The notes beneath the pieces are model-generated. The model was not told where the DNA came from. It did no database searches and saw only the letters and a program-made list of their open reading frames with translations. Below are positions 43,601 through 63,056 of a DNA stretch of 64,000 bases, in pieces. Origin of the DNA: the human T2T-CHM13v2.0 reference genome, Homo sapiens; the NCBI RefSeq assembly GCF_009914755.1, contig NC_060926.1; one strand, 5' to 3'. Both the position numbers and the translations under genes were made by a program. How positions within the stretch are numbered: the first letter of the stretch is position 1; every line of letters begins with the position of its first letter.

Positions 43601-45549
43601 ATCAGTAGTAATACCTCCTGTTTCATTTCTAATTGAGCTTATTTGGATCTTCTCTCTTCCTTTCTTGGTTAATCTTGCTAATGGTCTATCAATTTTATTT
43701 ATCTTTTCAAAGAACCAGCTTTTTTTTTTCATCTATCTTCTGTATTTTGTCATTTTTGTTGTTGTTGTTGTTGTTTCAATTTCATTCAGTTCTACTCTGA
43801 TCTTTGTTATTTCTTTTCTTCTGCTGGCTTTGGGCTTAGATTGTTCTTGTTTTATCAGTTCCATGAGGTGTGACCTTAGATTGCCTATTTTTGCTCCTTT
43901 GGACTTTTTAATGTAGACATTTAATGCCATAAACTTTCCTCTTAGCACCACTTTTGCTGTATCCCAGAGGTTTTGATAGATATTGTCACTATTATGGTTC
44001 AGTTCAAAGAATTTTTAGAATTTTCATCTTGATTTCATTGGTGGCTTTGTTCATTTTAAAAAAAATTTTTTTGTCTTTGTTGAATTGGGTTAATTTCACA
44101 GCCTTGTCTGTGAGCTGTGAAGATCTTTCTCCCGCTTGTTTGATTGGACTGCTGAGACTTTCCGGTGCATTTCTCTAAGTGTGTCCTTCATTTCCAGGAG
44201 TTGTAATTGTTTTTATTTTACTGTCTATTTCACTGAGGAATTTCTCTTTCATATCCTGTATCAGGTTTTTGATTTCTTTAATTTGGACCTCACCTTTCTC
44301 TGATGCCTCCTTGATTAGCTTAAAAATTGACCTTCTGAGTTCTTTTTGTGGCAATTCAGAGATTCCCTCTTGGTTTGGATCCATTGCTGGTGAGCTGGTA
44401 TGATCTTTTGGGGGTGTTAAAGAAACTTGTTGTATCATAATGCCTTAATTGTTTTACTGATTCCTTCTCATTTGGGTAGACTATGTCAGAGGGAAGATAT
44501 GGGATTCAAGGGCTAGTGTTAAGATTTTTTCATTCATGGGGTTCTCCTTTGATGGGGTGTTCTCCCCCTTCCCCTAGGAATGGGGCTTACTGAGAGCCAA
44601 ACTGTAGTGGTTGTTTTTGCTCTTCTGGGTCTAGCCACGCAGTAGAGCTACTGGGCTCTGCATTGGTATTGGAGAGCTTCTGCAAAGAGTCCTGTGATAT
44701 GATTTGCCTTCTGATCTTGCAGCTGTGGATAACAGCAACTGCTGCAGTGGAGGTAGCAGGGGAATGAAGTGGACTCTGTGAGGGTCTTTGGTTGTGTTTT
44801 TGTTTAGAGTGCTGGTTGCATGTTGGTTGGCCTCCAGCCAGGAGAGGGCACTTTTAAGAATGCATCACATGTGGCCCTATAAGGAGGATGCATTCTTGCC
44901 TTAGGAACACCTGGCTGAGTATTCAGGATTTTCAGGTGGGGAGCAGGGCCATAGAGCTCCCAAAAGCTTCTGACCTTTGTCTTTCACTACAAGGATGGGC
45001 ACAGAAAGACCACCAGGTAGGGGCAGGGCTTTCTGAGTTCAGCCTCTCTTTGGGCAGGGCTTGCTGCAGCTGCTGTGGAGGATGTGGGTGTGACTTCGAG
45101 TCCAATGGAGTTATATTCCCAGGGGGATTATGGCTACCTCTGCTGAATCATACAGGTCACCAGGGAAGTGGGGGAAAGCAGGCAGTCACAGGCCTCACCC
45201 CACTCCCATGTAGTCCATAGTCCTGAAGGCTGGTCTAACTTTCATTGTGCCCCTCCAACAGCATCGAGTCTATATCCAGGCAGCCAGAGACCAGGGCTGA
45301 GAACTTGCCCCAAACTATGAGTTTCCTAGCAGAGAAAGCAAGCCGACTTACAGGCTTTTGGTATCTCAGGGACTCTGCAGTGGTGATCCAGTTCCTTCAA
45401 AGGGTCTGTGGGTTCTCTTAGCTTTCCTGGTACGTTCCTGTGGTAGTTCTTGGAGCAAAAGTTTACGACGTGAGTCTCCACACACTGCTCTGTCCATCCA
45501 AGTGGCGGCTGCAAGCTAGTCCTGCCTGCTATCTGACATCTTAATTCTC
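40675..45549 (-). mobile_element. L1PB (L1PB1/L1PBa-like) LINE with both ends and a large internal deletion
   Basis: L1PB-type 3' UTR at left; fragmented ORF2 (42671-43951 ORFs), ORF1 N-terminus (44175-44438) and 5' UTR; TSD GAGAATATTCTCT at 40662-40674 and 45550-45562. Confidence 0.9.
41031..41286. repeat. 130-bp tandem duplication within the L1PB
   Basis: 41031-41156 vs 41161-41286, six mismatches counted by eye. Confidence 0.92.
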
Positions 45550-45774
45550 GAGAATATTCTCTTGAGGATATCTAATTCTTTTCTGTTCTAATCTTTTCTT
45601 ACCTTGCTTAAGATGGAAATTATGGAAAATAACCTTAATGTTTACTTTTGTCATAAAAATTGGCTTTATTTTCCATAGAATTTATAATTTTTAAGCATAA
45701 AGTGTCTCTTTTTCCAAAAAGCTTAAAAATATTTATTTTTAAAAAAACTTGGAGTCATATCATTGCATTTAAAA

Positions 45775-47510
45775 AAATGTTTACTTGACTAATAAGGATT
45801 GAATACATTCAAGATGTACAATGTGATGGGTCGATACATATAAACACTGTGTAATGGTTACCACAATCAAAAAAACACATCTATCACCACCCATGCTTTA
45901 CATTAGATTGCCTGAACTTGTTCACTTTGTAATTGAAAATTTGACCAACATCCTCTCGTTTCCCCAAACCCCAGTCCCTGGAAACCGCTATTCTACCTTC
46001 TGCTTCTATGATTTCTACCTTTTTGGATTCCACATATAAGTAAGAACATACAGTGTCTGTCTCTCTGTGTCTGGCTTATTTCACTTTGCATTATGTCTTC
46101 CAATATCATCCATGTTATTGAGAATTAAAGTATTTTTATTATTTCCTGTGGCTAAATAATGTACCACTTTTTCTTTACTCACTAATCTCTCAATGAACAC
46201 TCTGGTTATTTCTATATCTTGGCTACTCTGAATAATGTTGAAATATACATGAGGTGCAAATATCTCTTTGAGGTACTGATTTCTGGATATATATCCAGAA
46301 GTAGGATTGATGGATCATATAGTAGTTCTCTTTTTAATTTGTTGAAGAGTCTTCAAACTGTTTTCCATAAGTGCCATACCAGTATATGTTCCCACCAACA
46401 GTGTACAAGGGTTCGCTTTTCTCCACACCCTTGCCAACACTTGCTACCTATTGTCTTTTTGATAATAACCATCCTAACAGGTGTGAGGTGATATCTTATT
46501 GTGGTCTTGATCTGCATTTCTCTGATGAGTAGCGATATTGAGCACCATTTTGTAGATCTGTTGGTCATTGTATGTTTTCTTTGGAAAATATCTATCCAGA
46601 ACTTTTGCTCACTTTTGTCATTGTTTATTCTTTGCTATTGAGTTGAGTTCTTTATATATTTTGGATATTAAATCCCTGCCAGATCTGTAGTGCAAATATT
46701 TTTTCCCATTCTCTAGGTCACGTTTTCATTTTTTCAACTGTTTCTTATATTGTGCAGAAACTTCTTAGTGTGATGTGGTCTCATTTATTTATTTTGGATT
46801 TTGCTGTGTATTCTTTTGGTGTCATATAAAGAACAAATATTGCCAAGACTAATATTAAGGAGTTTTTCCTCCATGTTTTCTTCTAGGAGTTTTATGGTTT
46901 CAGATCTTATATTTAACTCTTTATTTTCAAGTAAATTTTTGTATGTGGATCCAACTTAATACATGTGTATGTGTGTATCTATCTTTTCCAACACCATTTA
47001 TTAAAGAGGTTGTCCTTTTTTACATTGTGTATTCTTGCTGTTCTTATCAAAGTTTAGTTGATCACAAATGTATAGGTTTATTTCTGGGATCTCTCCTCTA
47101 TTACTTTAGTCTATGTGTCTGTTTTGATGCCAGTACCATACTATTTTTTTGTTTTGTTTTGTTTTTGTTTCTAATTAGGAATTCAGCATGGATAACATAA
47201 GCTTTTGATCACTATAGTTTTGTAATATAGCTAGAAATTATGAAGTGTGATGCCTCCAGCCTTGTTCTTCTTTCTCAAAATTCCTTTTGCTATTTGGGAT
47301 CTTTTTTGATTCCATATGAACTCTAGAATTGTTTTTCTATTGCTTTGAAATATACAATTGGAATTTTAATAAGAACTGCATTGAATTTGTAGCTCATTTG
47401 GGGGTGGTATGGACATTTTAACAATAATGATTCTTCTAATCTATGAATGTGGGCTATCTATTAATTTATTTGTGTCTTCTACAATTTCTTTCATCAGCGT
47501 CATACACATT
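45775..47510 (-). mobile_element. L1MA-type LINE 3' portion
   Basis: gtacaatgtgatg..tgtgtaatggttaccacaatcaa 3' end; ORF2 C-terminal relic [18 protein letters not shown]. Confidence 0.82.
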
Positions 47511-47974
47511 TAACATTTGATTGTACATGCAATGGTTCCAGGACAAGTTCTTAACAATGAAGCTTGGCCTCAGAATGGTCACAAATTGTATTTTAGTCTT
47601 TTGCTCTGGGACGCCTAACTGAGTGGGATTATCTATGTCTTTATTTAAATAATTTTCATTAAATGTTTTTATTTTCTATGATGGGGGCTAAGGAAGGATG
47701 TCAAGTATGGCTGCTAACCTTCAGGAAAATTGTAGGCCACAGCCAAATTAGAGGGAAGAACTGTGTGAAATGGCCCATATTTAAATGTCCAACCCAATTA
47801 AACAGACCTACAGTTGTCCCATATGTAAAATTAGCGTAAAGTTAATTATAAGTAGGCCATATTTTTCAGATTGAAGGATGAAATATATGAAATGCATTTG
47901 AGATAGTTCCTAGAACAAAATGGGCAACCAATGATATTTTAACGATATTGGTAATAACAGTAAAAATAGGTCAC

Positions 47975-48356
47975 TAATTTTGTTTCCCCCAAATTTATGC
48001 CCACCTGGAACTGAGGATTTTATTTATTTGTAAAATAAGGTCTTAACAGATGTAATAAATTAAGTTAAAATGAAGTCATACTGGATAAAATGGGTTCTAA
48101 ATCCAATGACTGGTGTCTTTTTAAGGAAAATGAGATGTGGATAGAGAGACACAGAGACAAATAGGGACACACAGAGGGAAGAGGGCCATGTGACATGAGG
48201 ATAGAAGCAGAGATTGGAGCAATGCACACCAAAGAACAATAAGGATTGTCAGGAGCTACCAGAAGCTGAAAAGAGACAAGAAAGCATCCTCCCCTTGAAC
48301 CATTAGAGGACAAGTGGACCTGCTGATATTTCTGTTTCAAACTTCCAGCCTCCAAA
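47975..48356 (+). mobile_element. MaLR LTR (MLT1B/C-like)
   Basis: aataaggtctt..cagatgtaat..gttaaaatgaagtcatactggat..taaatccaatgactggtgtc...ccagaagctg. Confidence 0.8.
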
Positions 48357-48359
48357 TTT

Positions 48360-50760
<2,401 letters not shown>

Positions 50761-51434
50761 AATCTGGTTAGCAGAAACTGAAAGATGCATAGGAAGCTGT
50801 CTAAGTCTAGGATTGACATGAACTGATGTGGAATAGAAAAGAATCAACATGGAGAAGAGCCTGCTCTTTCAAAGTGAAATGGTAAAGCAAGAAACTAGCA
50901 ATGCCGTAGTAAAGGGAGAATGAGAGCGAACTCTTATCCCTCAGTGGTGGTCCAGAGTCTGGATCAGTCATCCCTTTGATGATGTGAGGGCCATAGTGCT
51001 TTGTGTCTTTCCCTTTAGATCTTATATGTATATTGTGGCACCCAGGCTAACATTCTTAAATATCACTTTGTGTCACACATGTGTTTGCTGCTCCTAATGG
51101 AATCCCCCTTTACAGAAACAGGTAAAATTTCCTTGGCATTCCTTGCCAGTGTGGTCTCTTTCTTTAACATTTCATTCCAAGTTCCCATTCCTTTTGTGGG
51201 GTCACAGTTTCCCTACTTTTCAAAATGATGAGGTTGGTTGTGCAAATGGCTGCTAAGGTTCTCATCCGCTCCACTGTCCTACAGTTCTACAGCTTCAGGT
51301 ACGGTGAGATCCAGCTACATCACTCTGTTTACATCATAGTTAATAGTATATAACTTTTTGTTTTCCAAACTAAGTTCTATCTTGCTTCTACAAAACTTCT
51401 TCCCAGACAAACTCTTTCTAATTACCTCCACGCA

Positions 51435-51912
51435 TTTTTTTTAACTTTTATTTTAGATTCAGGGGTACATGTTGAGGTTTGTTACACAGTTCAACTCATG
51501 TCACAGAGGTTTGTTGTACAGATTATTTTGTCACCCAGGTACTAAGCCTAGTATCCAATAGTTGTTTTCTTGATCCTCTCCCTCCTCTTAACCTCCATCC
51601 TCACGTAGGCCCTGGCATCTTTTGTTCCCCTCTTTGTGTCCATGAGTTCTCATCATTTAGCTCCTACTTACAAGTGAGAACATGAGGTATTTGGTTTTCT
51701 GTTCCTGCATTCGTTTGCTAGGGATAATGGCTTCCAGCTCCATCCCTGTTCCCACAAAAGACATGATCTCATTCTTTTTTATGACTGCATAGTATTTCCT
51801 GGTGTCTATATACCATATTTACTTTATCCAATCTGTCATTGATGGGCATTTGTGATGATTCCATGTCTTTGCTATTGCGAATAGTACTGCAGTGAACTTT
51901 CATGTGGATGTA
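51435..51912 (-). mobile_element. Old L1PA (about L1PA15/16) 3' end
   Basis: ttaacttttattttagattcaggggtacatg...gattattttgtcacccaggtactaagc. Confidence 0.8.
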
Positions 51913-52930
51913 CTTCAACCCTTATAACCACTTATTGATTTTGAATTCACAAAACATGTATTCCGTAGCACTGATCAAATCTTCTCCCTTTCCCTCTGCT
52001 TATACGTCCATTCCTCTATCCATCCACTCATCCTTCTATGCTGCCACACATCTCTTTTGAGGTAGCATGACATAGTGGAAAGGGCACATACTTTATATAC
52101 ATCTGCGCTCCTTGGTTTAAATCCCATTTCATTATGAATATTCTCATTACAGTTTTACTTGTGGAGTTTTTATACCTCTGTAAAATTCCATTTTTTAATC
52201 TGAGGATTTAATGAAAAACCTATCTTTAGTACCAGGTTAGGTGCCTAATACAGAGTAGGCACATCAGATCAGCCAGTGTGACTGTTGCTTTTGTCTCCTT
52301 CAACTAGATTATAAGGTCTTTGAAGATAGAACTGTAGTATTATAGCCATTTGTTTCTCTAGTGTCTTACACCAGCAGGCATTGAATAAATGTTAGTTTAT
52401 AATTTGGGGGAAGTGTTGATAACATTCTCCATAGTGGCTATTTTATTCAACAAATGCCTTCTGGAGATTTAAGGTAGCATGTCCCATGTTATTCTCTTTA
52501 GACACAAAGATGAATAAGCAACAATTCCTCCTAGGGGAGCTTAGATTCAAGAGGATGAGAAAGACAAAAGAGTCTTGATAAATTGAGATTTGTATTCTAC
52601 GTGACCAGAGTGGCAATATGGTGAAAAGAAAGATGTTATTAGTCTTTGGGGCAAGTGGGGACCTGGGTCACATGGACTGGGTCTTAAATAATGAGGAGGA
52701 GCTTGCCAGACATATTAGGAGGCAAGTAGGTGTTTTCAGCTAAGGGGAAAACAGAAACAAAATAAAACAAAAACATAACAATGTGCAGAGGCAAGGAAAA
52801 GCATTTGGAGGGATACTGCGTGTTCAGGTGTGTGACTAAGATATAACAATACATACATAATAAAGTTGGAAAGGTAAGAAAGGACATCGAATGTCATGGT
52901 AAGAAGTTGGACTTTCTCATATAGAATTAG

Positions 52931-53236
<306 letters not shown>

Positions 53237-53445
53237 ACCTTGGAGTTTTTTAGGCACTAGAGTCATATGGCCAAATATGTGTTATAATATTCATATTAAT
53301 AAAAGTGTGGAAAACAGATTAGAGTAGGAAGAGTAGAATGGTGAGAAAAGGTAAAACAGAAAAATTATGTTCTTGTACAACCAATGTACGAGAGTATTTA
53401 CCCTAAGTCCCAGCTCAAGATACTGAATTAGATATTTGAACTTTT

Positions 53446-53838
53446 TAATTTAATTAATGTAATTTTATTTTATTTTTCAAAATGTTTATTTTCATAGGTT
53501 TTTGGGGAACAGTTGGTATTTGGTTACATGAATAAGTTCTTTAGTGGTGATTTCTGAAATTTTGCTGCACCCATCACCCAAGCAGTGTACACTGAACCCA
53601 ATTTATAGTCTTTTATCCCTCATCCCCCTTTCACCCTTACCCTTGAGTCCCCAAAGTCCATTGTATCATTCTTATGCCTTTGCATCCTCATAGCTTAGCT
53701 CCCACTTATGAGTGAGAACTTACAATGTTTGGTTTTCCATGACTGAGTTACTTCACTTAGAATAAGGGTCTCCAGTTCCATCCACGTTGCTGCGAATGCC
53801 ATTTATTTGTTCCTTCTTATGGCTGAGTAATAGTCCAT

Positions 53839-53882
<44 letters not shown>

Positions 53883-54370
53883 AAAAAATAAAGAAATTGT
53901 GTGTGGGGGTGTGTGTATATATACAATTTCTTTATCTACTAGTTGATAAAGAATATATACCTATACACATGCACACATACCACAATTTCTTAATCTGCTA
54001 GTTGATTGATGGGCATTTGGGCTGGTTCCATATTTTTGCAATTGCAAATGTCACTGCTATAAACATGCGTGTGCAAGTATCTTTCTTGTATAATGACTTA
54101 CTTTCCTGTGTAGATACCCAGTAGTGGGATTGCTGGATCAAACGGTAGTTCTACTTTTAGTTCTTTAAGGAATCTCCACACTATTTTCTACAATGGTTGT
54201 ACTAGTTTACATTCCCACCAGCATTGTAGAAGTTTTCCCTTTTCACTGCATCCATGCCATTATCTATTATTTTTTGATTTTTTGATTTTGGCCATTCTTG
54301 CAGGAGTAAGGTAATATCGCAATGTTGTTTTAACTTGCATTTCCCTGATCATGAGTGATGTTGAGCATTT
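53446..54370 (-). mobile_element. 5'-truncated L1PB1-like element containing (TG)n
   Basis: Same 3' UTR type as the 40.7-kb L1; TSD tatttgaactttt (53433) / tatttggactttt (54371); (TG)n at 53839-53879. Confidence 0.88.
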
Positions 54371-55309
54371 TATTTGGACTTTTAGACCCTGAGTTCCTGG
54401 TCCGTCATCCCCTTGTCATGTGTAGCTGAATTTCAAGTAGGATATAAATAATAATAAAATGCCTTGCTACAAGGTACTGGGTGATCCTTGGCTGAGTATT
54501 AGAGGTGCTTTGAAATAGATCCAACATATCCTACTTCAGGAGGAGTGTAGTATCTCTTCCATGCGAGGTTCTTTCTTGAAGCTAGTTATGTCTACTTAGA
54601 CGTATACAGAGTCTAACATTGATCAACTTAAAGCCTGGCCAAATATCCATGGCAAGCTTGTCAGATCTGACCTCTGGATACTTAGAGCATGAGGTCCTGG
54701 GGGTCAAACCTGCAGGGAGGCACTGGTTTCTGGGCTGTGGCTCATGGGGCTCACAGGAGTGATACAAAAAGCTGTCCTGGGGATCTGTGACCAAATCCCA
54801 GTAGGCTGAGCTCTCTCTGAAGGGGCAAATGGTTTCCACTGTATTCCTTGGAGACCAAGGCATTGTGTTGGCCAAATGAAGTTGTGGGGTGGAGATGGGG
54901 TGACGAGGAAGAGACAGTGAGCCTCCCCATAAGTACCCCTCCCACTTCAACTCGTGCAGCTCTACATTTTTTTTTCTTTTCTGTACTAGCCTTCACTGTC
55001 CGCATCATTTGAATACAGTGTTGCAATTGGAAACAAATTTGAAAACTACTGGACTCGGCATATAAGGCAATCTCAGATGCATGCAAAAGAGATGGAACCC
55101 TAAACACAGGCAATAGTCAGCAGGTTCCAGGCAGTTGGTGGGAGCCCAAACCTGAGTAAATTTTCTGAGGTGTTACAGCCTCAGATGCAGGTGAGAAGGA
55201 GGCTAAACCAGTGCAGAGACTGCTCAACTCCAACAGGACCACCAGATTCTAGCAAGCTCCTTTGGCATGCCACCCTTGGGATTTTCAAGATACGTATACA
55301 CCCAACTCA

Positions 55310-55696
<387 letters not shown>

Positions 55697-55756
55697 TTAA
55701 TAAAAATAAGTACTATGAGAGTTGTCCTGTTCCAGAGAAATTATTTTTTAGATATT

Positions 55757-57834
<2,078 letters not shown>

Positions 57835-57835
57835 A

Positions 57836-58155
<320 letters not shown>

Positions 58156-58159
58156 TTAT

Positions 58160-58357
58160 TTCCTCCCTGCCTCCCTCTCTCCCTTCCTTCCTTCCTTCCT
58201 TCCTTCCTTCCTTCTTTCCTTCCTTCCTTCCTTCCTTCCTTCCTTCCTTCTTTCCTTCCTTCCTTCCTTCCTTCCTTCCTTCCTTCCTTCCTTCCTTCCT
58301 TCTCTCCTTTCTTTCTCCCTTTCTTCCGTTGTTTCTTTCTTTCTTTTCCCTTCTTTC
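58160..58357. repeat. (CCTT)n polypyrimidine microsatellite
   Basis: Long CCTT array with CTTT interruptions. Confidence 0.95.
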
Positions 58358-58972
58358 CAAATTTACTGGGTACTTACCATGGGCCAGACACTAGAAACCC
58401 AAGAACCAATGAGATATGTCCTGGCTCCCAAGGATTTTATTGATTTGTGCGAGTTAGGCAAGTAAGTAGACAACACAACACAGTACATGTTAGAATAAAG
58501 GAGATGGTAGGGCCTATTGGATCAGTTATGGGCAGTTTACAGAGGCCAGGGAGGGCTTCTTATGAGAGGGAAACTTATGATGAATTCTGAAGTATGGGAG
58601 AGTCAACCTAATGAGAAGGGCATTCTGGGCAGCGGTGATCACCATGGGCTGTTGTGGCCCTTGGGAAACTCATGCTCTTTGGAACCGGCTGAATTTAGTT
58701 TTTAAATCTGACCTCATCATTTACTGAGAACAGGAAAAGTTATTTACTTCCCAGCAGCTCTATTTTTTCCGCAGTAAAGTGAAGAAAATTAAAGAGAAAA
58801 AGCATTCTAGATGAAAGTGGAGTATTGAGTAGGTGCTCAATCATGATGGAATACCTGTGCTAAGCCAAGGAGTGTAACGATGTCTAGTAAGTGAAAAGGG
58901 ATCTTATCAGGGTGTGATAAACCATCGGTTCTTTTAAGAGGATTCCTTATCATGTGTTTAAGTACTTTTTTA

Positions 58973-59422
<450 letters not shown>

Positions 59423-59478
59423 CTAGATTTAACTTGAGTGCTCCAACATGGATAGGACCTTTAAAACTTCGAGAGTAG

Positions 59479-59868
<390 letters not shown>

Positions 59869-61965
59869 CAGTTTTATTTTTAAACTAAGTTTTATTTTAA
59901 GCTAAGGCTCAAATCTCTTTTATTGTTAATTTCCACATTGTGAACATCTTATCTCTGTTTATATGAACAAAAAATGATGTGTGTCCTTTATAGTGTAGCA
60001 ATGTTAATATATAAACAACAAGAAAATGATACCAAATAGACAATAAATGCATTACAGCATGTCAGAGAAATTGCATCGCATTCATGGCCAGAATATTCAA
60101 TTCATTCTTTGCTTTATTAGACTTAGGGACAACACCTTCCCTCTGACAATTCACTGTCTGTGGAATTATAAACTTGCAATGTCTATCATTGCTGTCAACC
60201 TAATGAAAGGGGATGGGGACAGAAAACTCCAGGGAGGAAATGGAAGCTCACAGATGAAGCAAGCCGAGGGGGTAGAGGAAGGCCTGAGGATAGCGGGAAT
60301 AACTCTGGGCCCAGGATTCTCCAGAGACAAATAGACATGGCAATGCCAGGCAAGAAGCTGATGGTGATCTGAACCACTGGAGTGCACAGCTGAAGAGGTG
60401 GAAATGTCTCTTAGCTCCCTAACAAAGCCACTGAAGAAGACGCTCAGGGAGGTGATTAATGAGCCCCCAGCTCTGACCCACATCCCTTCTGGAAGTTAGC
60501 CTTTCATGGGGTCAAACTTACTTTGAAAAGTCATGGAGTGAATTTGCTTCCCCAAGAGTCATGTGAAATGAGTTAGTGGGAGGTTTCAGAACATCACATT
60601 CGCGGGTGGAGGGATACTTTAAGAGGCACTGATTGCATCAAAGCTCCTAAGAAGGCGAGTGAAGTATTTGTATGGCTTTGGAAGAACTAGCTGAGGTGTT
60701 TTTTTGTATCACGAACTTGGATATTGGGGGAAGCTTCAGAATACTTTAGCAGATAGGAACTCTGCTGAGATTACTAGGTCCTAAGAGGAATGGTGGCAAG
60801 AGGGATGCCAGCAAACATGTATAAAATGAAAGTGTTTTCAAAAATGGAAAAATATGTAAAGAATATGTGTGTGAATATGAATTACCAGAACAGTAAGATG
60901 TTAAGAGAGTTCAACAGCCTTAAGGAATGTGGGGGTCGATCACTATGTCTGGCACGTAATTATCACACACTGGTTTATTTTATGAGGTTGAATTAAATGT
61001 TAAGACACACAGATTCTTAGAAAAGTGTGGAAGGGCATATTGCCCAGCAACCCACCAGTGCACGAGATGGGCCTTTCCCTGCCAGGGGCAGGAGGGGTAC
61101 CTTGCCCGTGATCTGCACAGTGACTCGCCCCTACCAGCTCCTGTCTGCACAAAATATGCTGCTCTTGGGAGCAGCCATTACTTTTTAAGTAGTAAAATAA
61201 CAAAAATAATAATATCCGGAAATCTGCGTGGTCAGAACCACAGAAAGAGAATGAACCAGGAAAACCAGGACCAGGTATAGAGAGCTTCTCCTTCTGGCCT
61301 CAGAAGTGTTAGGCAATGGCCTCATAGCTCCAAACTACATTTTTCTATTCTTAATTTATTGTTTCACATGCATGTATTCTGAAATTCTATGAGTAGCAAC
61401 TTATATTTGAAATGGTCTCTGCCCTCTCCCCGCAAAAGTATTCAAATACTTGGGTGAGGACTGGGGATCAGTCAGGGACACGGTGGTTACTCACAACCCT
61501 CTTGCCTTACTGGATTGGCAGTCTGGGAAAGATGGGCAGGCTGAGAGAGTTCAGGGAGTTTTTCTTTGGGATGAGGGAATATGAGAAACTTTGAGGGGAT
61601 GAGAAAGAGTTACTTTAGTTGTTCTCAGCTCAAATTTGAGCAGATACTCCTTTCTCCCCAATGGCCATCAGCTTATGACATCGCTCCTCAATTCCAATTA
61701 TTTTCCATTCCCACATATGTCCAAGGGAAGAGCTCCTGCCATTTTGTGTGTGGGACTCCAGTGACTCCAGACCAGATGACCCCTACAGACAGAAAAGGAC
61801 AGCAAGCAGCATGCAGTTGGGCTGCTTGGCTCAACTCTCACAGCCAGTGACGCTGGGGAAAGGATCAGATGAGGAAAAGTGCCTGTCACAGTGTCTGAGA
61901 TAAAGTAGCATCTCAACAACTTATTACCCCATGGCAATTTTTAAATATAGAATGTCTTTCAAACA

Positions 61966-62251
61966 TTTTTTTAAATTTTATTTTTAATTGACATATAATA
62001 CTTGTATATATTTATAAGGTACATAGAGATGTTTCAATACATATATGTATAGTGATCAGATAAGGGTAGTTAGCACAACCATTATCTCACACATTTATCA
62101 CTTGTTTTGGAAACATTCAGTATTCTCCTTCTAGCTACCTGAAACAACATACAATATACTTTTGTTAACTCTAGTCATCCTACAGTGCTATAGAACACTA
62201 GAACTTATTCCTCCCATCTAGCTTAATCTTATTTCCCTTAACAAATCTCTC
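61966..62251 (-). mobile_element. L1MA 3' end, apparently nested in a hAT-Charlie relic (to about 62500)
   Basis: ttaattgacatataata..gtacatag..tagtgatcagataagggtag..tagaacactagaacttattcctc; downstream taaattgatttc...gtttgaaaaacgcag. Confidence 0.7.
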
Positions 62252-62283
62252 TGAAGTGGCCATTTTGCATTGTGAGCTAATAT

Positions 62284-62349
62284 TCTCTCTCTCTCTCTCT
62301 GTCTCTCTCTCTCTGTCTCTCTGTGTCTCACACACACACACACACACAC
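62284..62349. repeat. Compound (CT)n(CA)n microsatellite
   Basis: Direct reading. Confidence 0.9.
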
Positions 62350-62823
62350 AGAATTGATACACTTCTATTTTTAATATGTCTCCTGGGAGTCTCATATGTC
62401 TAAATTCTGTTTCATTTTGTAAGAAATGCTGACTGAGACCCAGTAAATTGATTTCCTAACCAACAAGGAATAGCTAACAGCTGTTTGAAAAACGCAGTCC
62501 TAATAAAATTTGAATGTTCCAGTGGGCTGTAAAGGGTTAAAAGGGTTAATGGACCCTAAAGGGTTAAAGTGAGGCACTGTGCCCTAATCTGGCCACATTC
62601 CCATCATGGGCATTATATATCAACGGGTGATAACAGGACTGAGTTCTCTTTCCAGTCCTTAGATATAAAAGGGAGACAGCAATTAGGAAGAAAGAGAGTT
62701 ATAGGAAGTGGTAGGAATTGAAGAGAAAGTAGAAAAGATCTTAACTCTACCTTATTAAAGTTTCATGATCCAATTACAAAATAGATGTTTTATTTTCTAA
62801 ACTGGCATTTTGGTTTGTGATAA

Positions 62824-62868
62824 CACCACACACACACACACACTCTCTCTCTCTCTCTCTGTCTCTCT
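62824..62868. repeat. Compound (CA)n(CT)n microsatellite
   Basis: Direct reading. Confidence 0.9.
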
Positions 62869-63056
62869 ATTTTTGCAGCTCTCTTCAGAATTTTCTTTAG
62901 GGACCCTGATAAATATACGTGATATATTTTTAAAAATTGAATAATGGAAGGATTAAGACCTGGGGCCCTAATAATCAATTAAAAGATAATCTGATCATGT
63001 CTTTGCATTTTATAGGTGCTGCTTTATATTCTAATTTCTAATATTTTTCTTTCAAG

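Noticed and set aside
42671-44438. Minus-strand ORFs resembling RT/ORF1
   Set aside because: Frameshifted L1PB relics
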